NCBI GenBank assembly: GCA_964531275.1
Contig: CAZHDZ010000006.1
Location: 14,963 to 78,962 of the forward strand
DNA length: 64,000 bases
Reading direction: 5' to 3'
From: an uncultured Gammaproteobacteria bacterium
GTDB taxonomy: Bacteria; Patescibacteriota; Microgenomatia; Levybacterales; GWA1-39-11
Shown: positions 1 to 9,119 of the stretch, piece by piece
How positions within the stretch are numbered: the stretch's first letter is position 1
Layout of the letters: the number at the start of each line of letters is the position of its first letter
Notes under the pieces: generated by a model
The model's database searches: none
What the model was told of the DNA's origin: nothing
What the model saw: only the letters and a program-made list of their open reading frames with translations
Translations under genes and position numbers: made by a program

Positions 1-2
1 AA

Positions 3-120
3 CAGCTATCAAATGCTGTATCCACCTGCTTCCTAGAGGGCATAGCTGCTGAAGGATTAACAGAAAGAATAAAACCTTTCATAGGTCAAAAATCACTCGA
101 ATATTACTTGCATTACGATC
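3..120 (+). pseudogene. RHS/YD-repeat fragment (frame 3), ends ...KSLEYYLHYDH then TAA; upstream remnant of a disrupted RHS gene
   Basis: Own translation of frame 3 gives a YD-repeat-like EYYLHYDH motif followed by a stop at 118-120. No start codon; window begins inside it. Confidence 0.4.
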
Positions 121-129
121 ATTAACTAA

Positions 130-792
130 CACTCGCTACTCTCAGCTATAGAGCCTGCTCCATCAAGCTCTACAGAAACAACTGTCTACTACTATGCCAA
201 CAAGGAGCTTGTTGCAAAGAAGGATAACAACAATACAAAGACATATTTCCATAGTGATCATTTAGGATCAACAAGTGTTGTAACCAATCAAGCAGGATCT
301 GTTGTCGAGACTACTACGTACGACCCGTGGGGAGAAATCGTATCGGGAGGTACTGCAAACAAATTCCTCTATACAGGACAAGAGCATGATGGAGAAACAG
401 GACTACACTACTACAATGCCCGGTATTATAACCCTGACATTCGAAGATTCACTCAACCTGATGATATAATTCAGAATGTTTATGACCCTCAAATGCTCAA
501 CAGGTATTCATATGTAAGAAATAATCCACTAAGATACACTGATCCTTCTGGGCATTTTATCAATCCCCTCACAATACTCTCTGCCATTAACACAATTAAG
601 GATTTATTTGGCTCAACGAAATCTCATCCTACTCCTCAAAAAACCAATAGTAATATTGGTGCGCATAAGCCAACTTCAGCAGGCTCAGCCCCCTTAAACA
701 AGGTGCTTGGATCAAGCTCTTCAAGTGGTGGTGGAAATAATGTCACTCTAGACCACAAGCACCTCCAGGCGTCAATATCAGGCAGAATGTAA
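130..792 (+). pseudogene. RHS repeat-associated core domain C-terminal region (TYFHSDHLGS...YDPWGE...YTGQEHD...YYNARYYNP..RFTQPDD...RYTDPSGH) plus ~85 aa downstream; no in-frame start upstream (stop at 127-129)
   Basis: Own translation of frame 1 upstream of ORF 493..792. Canonical RHS core motifs YxHxDHLGS, YDxxGR, and the DPxG(L/H) autoproteolysis-site motif. Open frame begins right after a stop, so it is an orphan or disrupted tip. Confidence 0.65.
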
Positions 793-1190
793 GTGAAGCT
801 CAAAATCACAGAGTTAGCTTATCTATATTTAATCTCAATAGTCCAGCTACTCACGGTAAAAATATATACAACACGGCATGGTTTATCAACAAAGTTGCCT
901 ATGGAGGTGATTGGGACTATAAAAAGTATGATAATGATAGATATCAAGACTATGGCAATTGGCACTACGGAGTTGTTGGATCAGCTGCTGGTTATCCCGA
1001 ACCCATGCTGCTGGTAGGCGCAGGCGTAGCACAACAAATGCATAATATTAAACGCGTAAGCCAAGGTAGAAAACCAATAGAAACCTCCGCCTCTCAATTT
1101 TTTGATGCAGTTGATTCTAACGGTTTTTCTAATGATCAGTATTGGATTAGAAATGGTATCAATGATTTTCACTCAGGATCTTACCATTGA
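741..1190 (+). pseudogene. Polymorphic-toxin C-terminal domain in frame 3 (NIYNTAWFINKVAYGGDWDYKKYDNDRYQDYGNWHYGVVGSAAGYPEPMLLVGAGVAQQ...), overlapping the end of the frame-1 RHS ORF; frameshifted toxin tip
   Basis: Own frame-3 translation is open from 741 and extends the listed ORF 1005..1190. The GxWDYK / YGNW(F)NYG / LLxxAG motif pattern is one I recall from a family of Rhs/polymorphic-toxin C-terminal domains (Ntox44-like, from memory). Frames 1 and 3 overlap at 741-792. Confidence 0.5.
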
Positions 1191-1202
1191 AATTAAACTG
1201 GA

Positions 1203-1688
1203 TTGGCAGTAATAGTAAATTTAACTATAAAATTATATAATATACACTCAAAACTTGTGAAATATAAATTCAAGAAAATACTAATCTTAATTGGGGTAAT
1301 AATTATGGTTCCAATATTGGCCGTTGGACTAATTCTTTTATTACCTACAACGGGCTGGGAGTATTCAAATAAAAAATTTTCTGCTGATGGTAAATATTAT
1401 GCGCAAGTATCAGAAAGCAATGGGGGCGCTACAACTGCGTACTCTTCTGATGTTAATATTTTTAATGCAAAGTCTCAACTTAATAACTTAGGTATTATCA
1501 GCAGCTGGATAGGAACGAGCACTTCTGTCTTTGGACTTAACGGAAGACTATCTTCAATTAATACCTCTTGGATAGACAATCGCACCCTAAAAATTACATA
1601 TACAAGTTGCAGGCAAATATATGGTCGAGATTATTCATGGAAAGACGTAAAAATTGTCTACGAAGAAAAATGCTCTCCCAGTAATTAA
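1203..1688 (+). CDS. Small membrane-anchored protein (N-terminal TM, extracytoplasmic ~110 aa); candidate immunity or partner protein of the upstream toxin tip. Start ambiguous (ATG 1203, GTG 1258 or ATG 1305)
   Basis: ORF track. Hydrophobic segment ILILIGVIIMVPILAVGLILLL preceded by KYKFKK. Position immediately 3' of the toxin domain. Confidence 0.5.
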   Translation: MAVIVNLTIKLYNIHSKLVKYKFKKILILIGVIIMVPILAVGLILLLPTTGWEYSNKKFSADGKYYAQVSESNGGATTAYSSDVNIFNAKSQLNNLGIISSWIGTSTSVFGLNGRLSSINTSWIDNRTLKITYTSCRQIYGRDYSWKDVKIVYEEKCSPSN

Positions 1689-1830
1689 CTTTTTTCCTTG
1701 ATGAGACTTTACAATCAGATCAATGAATTTTCTTTTAAGACTGAATGAAGAGTGAACATAAGAAGTAGGTACACAACATACTAGTCTTGTGTTATTAGAT
1801 TCATACATAAACATACCTTGCGATAACATT

Positions 1831-2268
1831 ATGTTTAATATTGGAAAACAGAAAATGAAGTATGAGTTTGAAACTCTCTATTTAGCAATTGTTTTAGAGA
1901 AAGGGTGGATCACAGATTCAAATGAAAAGGGCAACGACCTGCTCAGTTTTTACAAAGAATATAACGGCAACGGAACACTCCAGATTTCTTTAGCAACCTC
2001 AGTTGGTGAAGAGGAATTTAACATCAAAGATGCTTTAAAAAAATTTCAAATCAAAGAAAGCGACGTAAAAAAATACAAGAAACATGGCTCAATGGTTTAC
2101 GAATTTCATAGAGAGGACGACAAGATGGACTATACATACTTCAATCTGGTTAGGGACAGAATAGTTATTCTTACTACTTATACCTGCTTGAAAGATTCTA
2201 TCGATCTAAACGAAATCTATGAAGCAACAAAGATTGCGCAATCTATATCAATAAATACAAAAAACTAA
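1831..2268 (+). CDS. Hypothetical cytoplasmic protein (~145 aa); second candidate immunity protein
   Basis: ORF track (1789..2268; likely start MFNIGKQKMKYEF at 1831 or 1852). No TM segments. Sits in the toxin-immunity neighbourhood. Confidence 0.45.
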   Translation: MFNIGKQKMKYEFETLYLAIVLEKGWITDSNEKGNDLLSFYKEYNGNGTLQISLATSVGEEEFNIKDALKKFQIKESDVKKYKKHGSMVYEFHREDDKMDYTYFNLVRDRIVILTTYTCLKDSIDLNEIYEATKIAQSISINTKN

Positions 2269-2339
2269 CAACAAATTAATCTATTCAGTAGTTTTAGATA
2301 ATAATTATTGCTTTCATTAAAATTAGAAATAGAGAAAGA

Positions 2340-2876
2340 TTAAAATTTCACTGGAATAGTGAGTTTTTTGTCATTATCCGGTTGACCTGATGGGTTTTCT
2401 TTGTGAATAAATAGTGTCCCATCGCCTTTTTCTGGCTTTGTGAATGTTAATTTTCCTTGAAAGTGCACGAATTCATCAGTCATCCACTCCCCTTCTGCTG
2501 TGAGCTTTACTGAACCAAGCTTTTTATTTTCGCGATCAACTAATTCTCCCGAAAGTTGCCCCTCAAAAAACCATGAGCCGCGGGCACGGCCTTGTACTTC
2601 GAGTGGGCTTGATACCTCCTGATTTGGTCGGGGATTTGTCACCATAATTTCGTCTATCATTTCCAATTCGTTGCCGATGTTCTGTGTAAATGACCTCCCA
2701 TCAGGAGTATTGCATCTGGGAGGGTAACTGTTCAAAGTCTCTGAGAAGGCTGTACACTCTTCAAAAGATTTTACATTACTTATCTTTACGCTCCTCTGAT
2801 ATTGGAGAAAGCCATAGACAGCTCCTGCCCCACAGAGAATGAGAAGAATCACTATTACAATCTTTCTTTTTCTCAT
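2340..2876 (-). CDS. Membrane-anchored protein with Gmad2-type immunoglobulin-like domain (GerMN-associated Ig-like fold)
   Basis: N-terminal TM/signal (IVIVILLILCGAGAV). The motifs VTNPRPNQEVSSPLEVQGRARGSWFFEGQ and GEWMTDEFVHFQGKLTF match the Gmad2 Ig-like domain pattern as I remember it. Confidence 0.6.
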   Translation of the reverse strand: MRKRKIVIVILLILCGAGAVYGFLQYQRSVKISNVKSFEECTAFSETLNSYPPRCNTPDGRSFTQNIGNELEMIDEIMVTNPRPNQEVSSPLEVQGRARGSWFFEGQLSGELVDRENKKLGSVKLTAEGEWMTDEFVHFQGKLTFTKPEKGDGTLFIHKENPSGQPDNDKKLTIPVKF

Positions 2877-2957
2877 ACCATTATTGTATCGCAGATTTAT
2901 ATTGCCATGCTAATAGCTTGCTTGACAACTTTGACTTTTTTTGGCTATCATAGATCT

Positions 2958-3698
2958 ATGCGTAAAAGTTTTCTTATAGCTGCTTCTTTTCTTGTGCTTA
3001 GCGCGACACCTACATTTGCAATCTACCGTACAGATGGTCCTCAAGCAACCCCAGCCGAAGGAGAAGCAATGCTTATGACAACGACAACTGAAGTCGGCAC
3101 TGCACCGAAAGAACCCCGAGCAATTCCTATGGAAAAAACTTCAGCTCTTCCTGGTGAACCAACGTCTAGGATTATGATGGAAAAAGATGACATAAAAGAC
3201 AAAATGATGGAGGCAAGAAATGCTTTTAAGGCAAAGCTGCAAGGAATTAAGGATACAAAAAAGCAAAAAACGGTTGAAAATATTGATTCAAGAATAAATG
3301 AAATCAATAAAAAAAGGACAGAGATGATGGGTGAAAAGCTTACTCGAATGACCTCAATTCTTGAAAAAATCACCTCAAAGGCTGCTGCGTTAAAAGCAGA
3401 AGGTAAAAGCACTGCGTCACTTGAAGCAGACATTGCTACAGCAACTACCATAGTTGAAGCAGCAAAAACAGCAGTTGCTACTCAAGCAGCAAAAGATTAT
3501 GTTGTAGATGTTACAACAGAAACTGCTCTTAAAACTGATGCACAAAAGGCCGTTAAAGCATTTGTAACTGACATAAAAGCAACCATGACGCAAGTGACAG
3601 CAGCACAAAAAGCTGTTGCAAAAGCTGCTCGCGGAGCAGGATTATTGATGGAAAAGCCATCAGTCACTCCAACCATAACATCAGCTGCAACTCAATAG
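2958..3698 (+). CDS. Secreted Ala/Lys/Thr-rich coiled-coil protein (signal peptide MRKSFLIAASFLVLSATPTFA)
   Basis: ORF track 2802..3698. The upstream part overlaps the minus-strand gene, so the start is placed at Met53 (2958), which gives a classic signal peptide. Confidence 0.5.
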   Translation: MRKSFLIAASFLVLSATPTFAIYRTDGPQATPAEGEAMLMTTTTEVGTAPKEPRAIPMEKTSALPGEPTSRIMMEKDDIKDKMMEARNAFKAKLQGIKDTKKQKTVENIDSRINEINKKRTEMMGEKLTRMTSILEKITSKAAALKAEGKSTASLEADIATATTIVEAAKTAVATQAAKDYVVDVTTETALKTDAQKAVKAFVTDIKATMTQVTAAQKAVAKAARGAGLLMEKPSVTPTITSAATQ

Positions 3699-3704
3699 AG
3701 CCCT

Positions 3705-4199
3705 ATGGATAATAAAGACCCACAACCAACACAACCAACTACAGAAGCATCCCCAGCAGCACCTTCTGTTCCAGTTACTCCGGTTACTCCCGAGCCAACT
3801 GCTCCTGTCGAAACACCTCCAGCTCCAGCTGCTCCGGCCATAACAACTACTCCTTCAACAGATCCATCCACAACTCCACCTGCAGGCACTCCTCCGCCAG
3901 TAGTCCCTCCACCTGCTGCAAGCGCACCAGTTGTTGCAAAAGATGGTAAAAAGAAAAATGGCCTTATGATCGTTGCAGCTATCCTTATTGTTCTTATCGT
4001 CATCCTGGGCATCTTGTATTACTTCATAATGCAGCAGTCAGCAACCAAAACACCTACTCCAGTCGTCACACCAACACCTACACCAGTATCCGTTGTTACT
4101 CCAACACCTACTGCAACCGACGAATCAATTCTTGAAGAAGAACTTCCTGATACTACAGATGATGAGGCGACACTAGAAGCCGAAATCAACAACCTCTAG
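3705..4199 (+). CDS. Pro/Thr-rich single-pass membrane protein (PT-rich linkers either side of one TM helix, acidic C-tail)
   Basis: ORF track. Low-complexity PT repeats. TM segment LMIVAAILIVLIVILGILYYFIM. Confidence 0.5.
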   Translation: MDNKDPQPTQPTTEASPAAPSVPVTPVTPEPTAPVETPPAPAAPAITTTPSTDPSTTPPAGTPPPVVPPPAASAPVVAKDGKKKNGLMIVAAILIVLIVILGILYYFIMQQSATKTPTPVVTPTPTPVSVVTPTPTATDESILEEELPDTTDDEATLEAEINNL

Positions 4200-4201
4200 A
4201 C

Positions 4202-4534
4202 TTAGGTCAATTTATTCAGAAGAGAAGATATCAATGAGACAACAATGCTAAAGAGTATTGCTGTAAATAAGGACGCTACATGAAATCCCGGAACAACGGA
4301 GCTTACGAGAAGAACCAACGCCCCATTTAGAATGAGTATAAATATTCCAAGTGTCAAAATGGTGAGTGGCAGAGTAAGGATAACGAGTATTGGCTTTATA
4401 AAAGCATTAACAACCGCAAAAACTACCGATACAATAATAAGAGTCGTAAATGTGTCTACCTCAACTCCCTGGATAATATTTGATGCAATAAAAATTGCGA
4501 GAGCCAGAACGATGAGTCGTAAGAGGATGGCCAT
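4202..4534 (-). CDS. DUF360 / phage-holin-4_2 superfamily 4-TM membrane protein
   Basis: Four hydrophobic helices. The motifs PILVILTLPLTILTLGIF and VPGFHV are typical of the DUF360 family (from memory). Confidence 0.6.
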   Translation of the reverse strand: MAILLRLIVLALAIFIASNIIQGVEVDTFTTLIIVSVVFAVVNAFIKPILVILTLPLTILTLGIFILILNGALVLLVSSVVPGFHVASLFTAILFSIVVSLISSLLNKLT

Positions 4535-4564
4535 ATGCTTATTATAGAACGCTTTTTAATAACT

Positions 4565-5563
4565 TCAAACACTAACTACATTAAGAGGTGCTCCAGAAGT
4601 AAATGCTGATAGATTTTCATGAGTAGTCTCGACGATCTTTTTCAAAGCCTCGCGGCTATTAAATGCGTTATGAGGAGTTATTATAACTTTTGGATGATTA
4701 AGAAGCATGTGATCTTGAAGCACAGTAAGTAATTTTTCTTTATCAAAGTCCTGAGAAAGCAGATCCTTCTCTTCTTCAAGCAACGGCTCTTCTTCCAATA
4801 CATCCAGACCAGCCGCACTAACCTTGCCACTTTCTAATGCTTTAAGAAGTGCTGCAGTATTTATTAAAGCACCTCTTGCAGTATTTAAAAGAACTACCCC
4901 ATCCTTCATTTGAGAAAATGCTTCGTCTGAAAGGTAGTGGTGAGTCTCTTTTGTGTATGGAATATGGAGAGTAACGATATCTGATTGCTGATAGAGAATT
5001 GGCAATTCAACAAATTTACACCCCAACTCTTTCTCGAGAGCATAGTCTGGGGTTCTCTTATACACGATAACATTCATGCCAAAACCTCTCGCAATTTTTA
5101 TAACATTTGTCCCAATACTTCCAACCCCAATAACCCCAATAGTTTTTCCTCTCAATTCAAATCCCGTCAAACCACTAGGCATAAAGCTCCCCTCCTCCAC
5201 TCGATCAATTGACTCTGGAAGTCTACGTGCAATTGCTAAAAGAAGAGCGAATGTATGCTCTGCGACAGTTGTCTCGCCATACGAAGGGACATTGCTAACC
5301 ACAATACCTCTTTTCTTACACTCTTCTATGTCTATGTGGTCAAATCCCGTTGACATAGTAGTTATAAATTTCACATTTGGCATTTTGTCCAAGAGCTCTT
5401 TATTCATTTGCGTATGAATAAAAGTAATGACAACTTCAAAGGTGCTAATATCTGGGGTTTGATCTGAAAGTGGTTGATCGAAGAAAACTAGCTCGTTATC
5501 TGATATTTCCTTTTGGAAATATTCTTTTTCCCAATTTTCCAACTCAAAAAATGCGTATTTCAT
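4565..5563 (-). CDS. D-isomer-specific 2-hydroxyacid dehydrogenase (D-lactate dehydrogenase-like), NAD-binding
   Basis: Rossmann motif GKTIGVIGVGSIGTNVIKIARGFGMNVIVY and the conserved catalytic-region layout of D-2-hydroxyacid dehydrogenases; about 330 aa. Confidence 0.85.
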   Translation of the reverse strand: MKYAFFELENWEKEYFQKEISDNELVFFDQPLSDQTPDISTFEVVITFIHTQMNKELLDKMPNVKFITTMSTGFDHIDIEECKKRGIVVSNVPSYGETTVAEHTFALLLAIARRLPESIDRVEEGSFMPSGLTGFELRGKTIGVIGVGSIGTNVIKIARGFGMNVIVYKRTPDYALEKELGCKFVELPILYQQSDIVTLHIPYTKETHHYLSDEAFSQMKDGVVLLNTARGALINTAALLKALESGKVSAAGLDVLEEEPLLEEEKDLLSQDFDKEKLLTVLQDHMLLNHPKVIITPHNAFNSREALKKIVETTHENLSAFTSGAPLNVVSV

Positions 5564-5622
5564 GGCAGTAATTAAGTATACCCAATTATTTATTAAAAAA
5601 GTAGAGCATAGAATCTTTCAGG

Positions 5623-7995
5623 CTAATTTGCCTGAGGCTTTATTGTTAGATTGTCGTTTTCTATTGTAATATGTCCTTTTTCACCAGAAATTAGATCGTG
5701 CGACAAAATCAATTTTGAGAGCTGATTTTCAACTGACTGTTCTATAAAACGACTTATGTTACGGGCTCCAAATTCTACGCTGTATGCATTTTTTGCAATA
5801 TAATCACACACTGCTGAATCAAAAGTTAGCAGTATTTGTTTTTCCTTCGTTTTTTCTACAATTTCTTCAAGGAATATCTTTGCAACTTGAGAAGCCTCCT
5901 CTTGGGTTAATGGATGAAAGACTATTACATCGTCAAAGCGATTTAAAAGCTCCGGCTTAAAAGTTCCACTTTGTAGAAGTTTTTCTAATAATTTGTCTTT
6001 CATATTTTCGAGTGCACCACTCTTAAACATTTCCCTAATGAATTCGCTTCCAGCATTTGATGTCGCGATAATAATAGTGTTATTGAAAGATACTGTCCTT
6101 CCAAGATTGTCTGTCAAACGCCCTTCATCTAGAATTTGAAGAAATAGATTAAGAATTGATGGATCTGCTTTTTCAAATTCATCGAGAAGTATTTCACTGA
6201 ATGGATTTGCTACTACTTTATCGGCAAGAGTATCCTGATTTCCGGAAGAACCCAAAAATCTTTCAACAGAATTTGAATTCTGGTACTCACTCATGTCTAA
6301 CCTGATCATATTGTTCTCTTCTCCAAAATAGGATGTCGCAAGAGCTTTTGCTGCCTCAGTCTTTCCAACACCTGTTGGTCCCAAGAATAAAAATGAAGCA
6401 ATCGGCTTATTCTCATCTTTAATTCCGGACCTAACTCTTCTCATAGCATCAGCTATCGCCTGTACTGCTTCATTTTGAGCAATAACTCTTTTGTGAATTG
6501 TTTGTTCTAGATTAAGAAGCTCTTTTGCTTCTGCATCAGTAGGCTCTGACAGAACAATTTGAGTTTTTGTCTGAATAAAGTCTCTCACGCTTTGGCTGTC
6601 TATGTGCTTAATGCCATGCGTTAGGCAATATGAAACAGTATCCTCAATAAGTCTTACTGCACGTCCGGGAAGACCAGTGCCATCATTTACATAAGAGTTT
6701 GATAATTTGCGTGCCTCTGAGATAGCAGAGTACATAATAGTAACGTTGTTAACGCTTTCAATTTCTTTGGATTTCTCAAGCAGCATGAAAAGCACTGTCT
6801 CCTCATCTGGCTCATCAATTTCTATCTCATCAAAAAGCTCCTTTATTTCGGTTTTTGGATAAATGAATGTTTTGTATGCCTCCTTGGTAGTACTTCCTAT
6901 AATTTTTATTTTGTTGCTCTTCAGATATTCTACTAACGATCCCGAAAAATCGATATTGAGCCCTCCGCCCCCAAACATATTCTCGATATTTGGAATATAG
7001 ACAATGATATTGCCGGCATGAAAAAGCTCTGAGAAAAGATTCACTATTCTCGCTTCTAAATCTCCTTGATTGTCTATCCCAGCAAGTAGCCTTTCAGGAT
7101 ACAACTTAAAAACCAGCTTATTTGAGACACTTTTTGGCAAGCTACCACTATTAGAATCCACAACCAACTCCTTAACCAAAGCAGTCTTTCCAACACCAGC
7201 ATCCCCAACAAGCATTGCGTTGCTTGATGAACTTTTTGAGAGTGCAGTCACTAGTAGATCGTATTCCCGGGATCTTCCAATTGTTAGAGTTTGGGTTGAG
7301 GACAGAACTTCTCTAGTAAAATCTTGTGCATATTGTGCAAGTTCCGCACTCCAACCATAGACGAAAAAATCAAAGACGCCTGCTCCGGTAAAATGGAGCC
7401 CATGGTGCTTAGGCATGTCGATCGAATATTGTCTCCTAACCCACGATAGGACAATAACGATATCTTTTTCGAATATTTCACTTTGAAATAGCGATTTATC
7501 TATCTCATCTTCCAATAAAAGATATGCAGCATATATATCAATTCCATGTATATTATTTCCTCCAACTGATTTGACGAGTTGGCCTGCCTTAAGAAGGACC
7601 TGCTCTTCATCAATGGTCATTTCGTTTCTTTTGTATGAATGTCCCAAAAGCCTATTAAAATATTTAATCTCGCTCGTATGTAAAAGGTTTCCCATAACAT
7701 CCTCAACTTTTGCAAAACGTTCTAGATGCGCCCTTGTTTTATAGTCAACAGCTTCAATGATATGTTTTACAGCATCATGAATTGTCCTTTGAGGGGGAGA
7801 ATTTTCCAGCTTAAAATGAATAAAAAATTCTTGAAGTATGAGGAAAAAATAGATAGGTAGTAATCGCATTATAAAAGCGACATCTGAAAGGTTGAAATAT
7901 ACAAGAATACCAATCCCGAAGAAAATCAGAACCCTCAACCAACGAATAATTGGGTTGTCAAAAAAATAATACAAATAATAATAGTTATTGTGCAT
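5623..7995 (-). CDS. Hsp100/Clp-family double-AAA+ ATPase with N-terminal transmembrane helices; D1 has Walker A (GDAGVGKTA) but lacks the Walker-B DE; D2 is intact (GPTGVGKTE, ILLDEFEKA, ATSNAG, GARN); no ClpP-binding IGF loop
   Basis: ORF track translation. Two hydrophobic helices in the first 60 aa. A ClpB/ClpC-like D2 with a C-terminal small domain. In D1 the sequence IVYIPNIENMF replaces the expected hhhhDE box. Confidence 0.75.
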   Translation of the reverse strand: MHNNYYYLYYFFDNPIIRWLRVLIFFGIGILVYFNLSDVAFIMRLLPIYFFLILQEFFIHFKLENSPPQRTIHDAVKHIIEAVDYKTRAHLERFAKVEDVMGNLLHTSEIKYFNRLLGHSYKRNEMTIDEEQVLLKAGQLVKSVGGNNIHGIDIYAAYLLLEDEIDKSLFQSEIFEKDIVIVLSWVRRQYSIDMPKHHGLHFTGAGVFDFFVYGWSAELAQYAQDFTREVLSSTQTLTIGRSREYDLLVTALSKSSSSNAMLVGDAGVGKTALVKELVVDSNSGSLPKSVSNKLVFKLYPERLLAGIDNQGDLEARIVNLFSELFHAGNIIVYIPNIENMFGGGGLNIDFSGSLVEYLKSNKIKIIGSTTKEAYKTFIYPKTEIKELFDEIEIDEPDEETVLFMLLEKSKEIESVNNVTIMYSAISEARKLSNSYVNDGTGLPGRAVRLIEDTVSYCLTHGIKHIDSQSVRDFIQTKTQIVLSEPTDAEAKELLNLEQTIHKRVIAQNEAVQAIADAMRRVRSGIKDENKPIASFLFLGPTGVGKTEAAKALATSYFGEENNMIRLDMSEYQNSNSVERFLGSSGNQDTLADKVVANPFSEILLDEFEKADPSILNLFLQILDEGRLTDNLGRTVSFNNTIIIATSNAGSEFIREMFKSGALENMKDKLLEKLLQSGTFKPELLNRFDDVIVFHPLTQEEASQVAKIFLEEIVEKTKEKQILLTFDSAVCDYIAKNAYSVEFGARNISRFIEQSVENQLSKLILSHDLISGEKGHITIENDNLTIKPQAN

Positions 7996-8341
7996 ACCAT
8001 TGGGGAGATGCTGCTCCCAAAAGAATGAAAATTAAAGCAATTGGTATTGATGCAATAAGAAATCCTATGAGACATTCTGCGCAAAGGATAATAAGAACAA
8101 TGCATGATGTAACAGCAATCAAAATAGATTTTATTACCATTCCAAATAGTATTGAGAAAAGGACAAGCCCATCCCTATACTCATTCTTCATAGGTTTGAA
8201 AAAAGTTCTTATCAGTAAGGGGAGAGAGAGAAGGGATACTACATACCTGTTAAATAGCACGAAGAAATTTATCAACCCACCAAGAACGTCTTTGTACCAG
8301 AAGATAATGAGATACAGTGGGTAGTATAAAAATGCAACCAT
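7985..8341 (-). CDS. Small 4-TM membrane protein, overlapping (11 nt) and co-directional with the Clp-like ATPase
   Basis: ORF track. Four hydrophobic segments. Stop overlaps the start of the downstream Clp-like gene. Confidence 0.45.
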   Translation of the reverse strand: MVAFLYYPLYLIIFWYKDVLGGLINFFVLFNRYVVSLLSLPLLIRTFFKPMKNEYRDGLVLFSILFGMVIKSILIAVTSCIVLIILCAECLIGFLIASIPIALIFILLGAASPQWYAQ

Positions 8342-8414
8342 AGCAAGACTAAGAAGCTCAACGCTCCCTATTCCTAGTTTAGGTTAACCGTGCTTGTGGG
8401 GCAATAAGTAAATA

Positions 8415-8741
8415 TTGTATGATAACCTCATGACGGATACTGATCTTTTGTCTTATCGTGATCTTTTTATTGAGTCTGCAGAGGAGCATGTACAAAAAAT
8501 TAATTCTGAGCTTACGAACAGCTCTGCACGCAAAGAAGTTATTGATGAAATATATAGGAGGATTCATTCATTGAAAGGCTCCTCAAGCATAATGGGCTTT
8601 TCCGAAATCTCCCAACTATGCACTAAAGCAGGAGACCTACTACAAGATCGCGAGAAAGAAAGTACTAGAGATGATAACCTTAAAATAGTTCAAGAAATTG
8701 TTAATAACATCCAACAAAAAATAGAAGAAATTAAAAAATAA
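8415..8741 (+). CDS. Standalone histidine phosphotransfer (HPt) domain protein
   Basis: The sequence RIHSLKGSSSIMGF fits the HPt signature HxxKGxxxxxG, in a ~100-aa all-helical context. Confidence 0.65.
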   Translation: MYDNLMTDTDLLSYRDLFIESAEEHVQKINSELTNSSARKEVIDEIYRRIHSLKGSSSIMGFSEISQLCTKAGDLLQDREKESTRDDNLKIVQEIVNNIQQKIEEIKK

Positions 8742-8746
8742 GAACT

Positions 8747-9112
8747 ATGAAAATACTGCTCGCGGAGGATGATCCATTCTTTCAAAATTTTTATTCCCGA
8801 AAATTATTAGAACATGGCTTTGAGGTAGATGTGGCGCATGATGGAAATGAAGCAATTGACAAGATATTCAAGCATACACCTGATGTTGTTCTACTTGACC
8901 TTATTATGCCGGGAAGAAATGGCTTTGAAGTACTCTCTGAAGTTTCAAAAAATAACACAATAAAAAAGCCTCCAATAATAGTATTTTCCACTCTAGGCCA
9001 AACTTCAGATATTGAAAAGGCAAAGCAATTAGGTGCAGTTACCTATATTAATAAAACCTTTTTCGATTTTGACAATTTATTATCTAAAGTAACAGCTGTT
9101 ATGAAAAACTAA
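8747..9112 (+). CDS. Single-domain CheY-like response regulator receiver
   Basis: MKILLAEDD...DVVLLDLIMPGRNGFEVL...TYINKTF: conserved Asp pocket, phospho-acceptor Asp, and Thr/Lys positions. Confidence 0.85.
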   Translation: MKILLAEDDPFFQNFYSRKLLEHGFEVDVAHDGNEAIDKIFKHTPDVVLLDLIMPGRNGFEVLSEVSKNNTIKKPPIIVFSTLGQTSDIEKAKQLGAVTYINKTFFDFDNLLSKVTAVMKN

Positions 9113-9119
9113 ATAGAAT

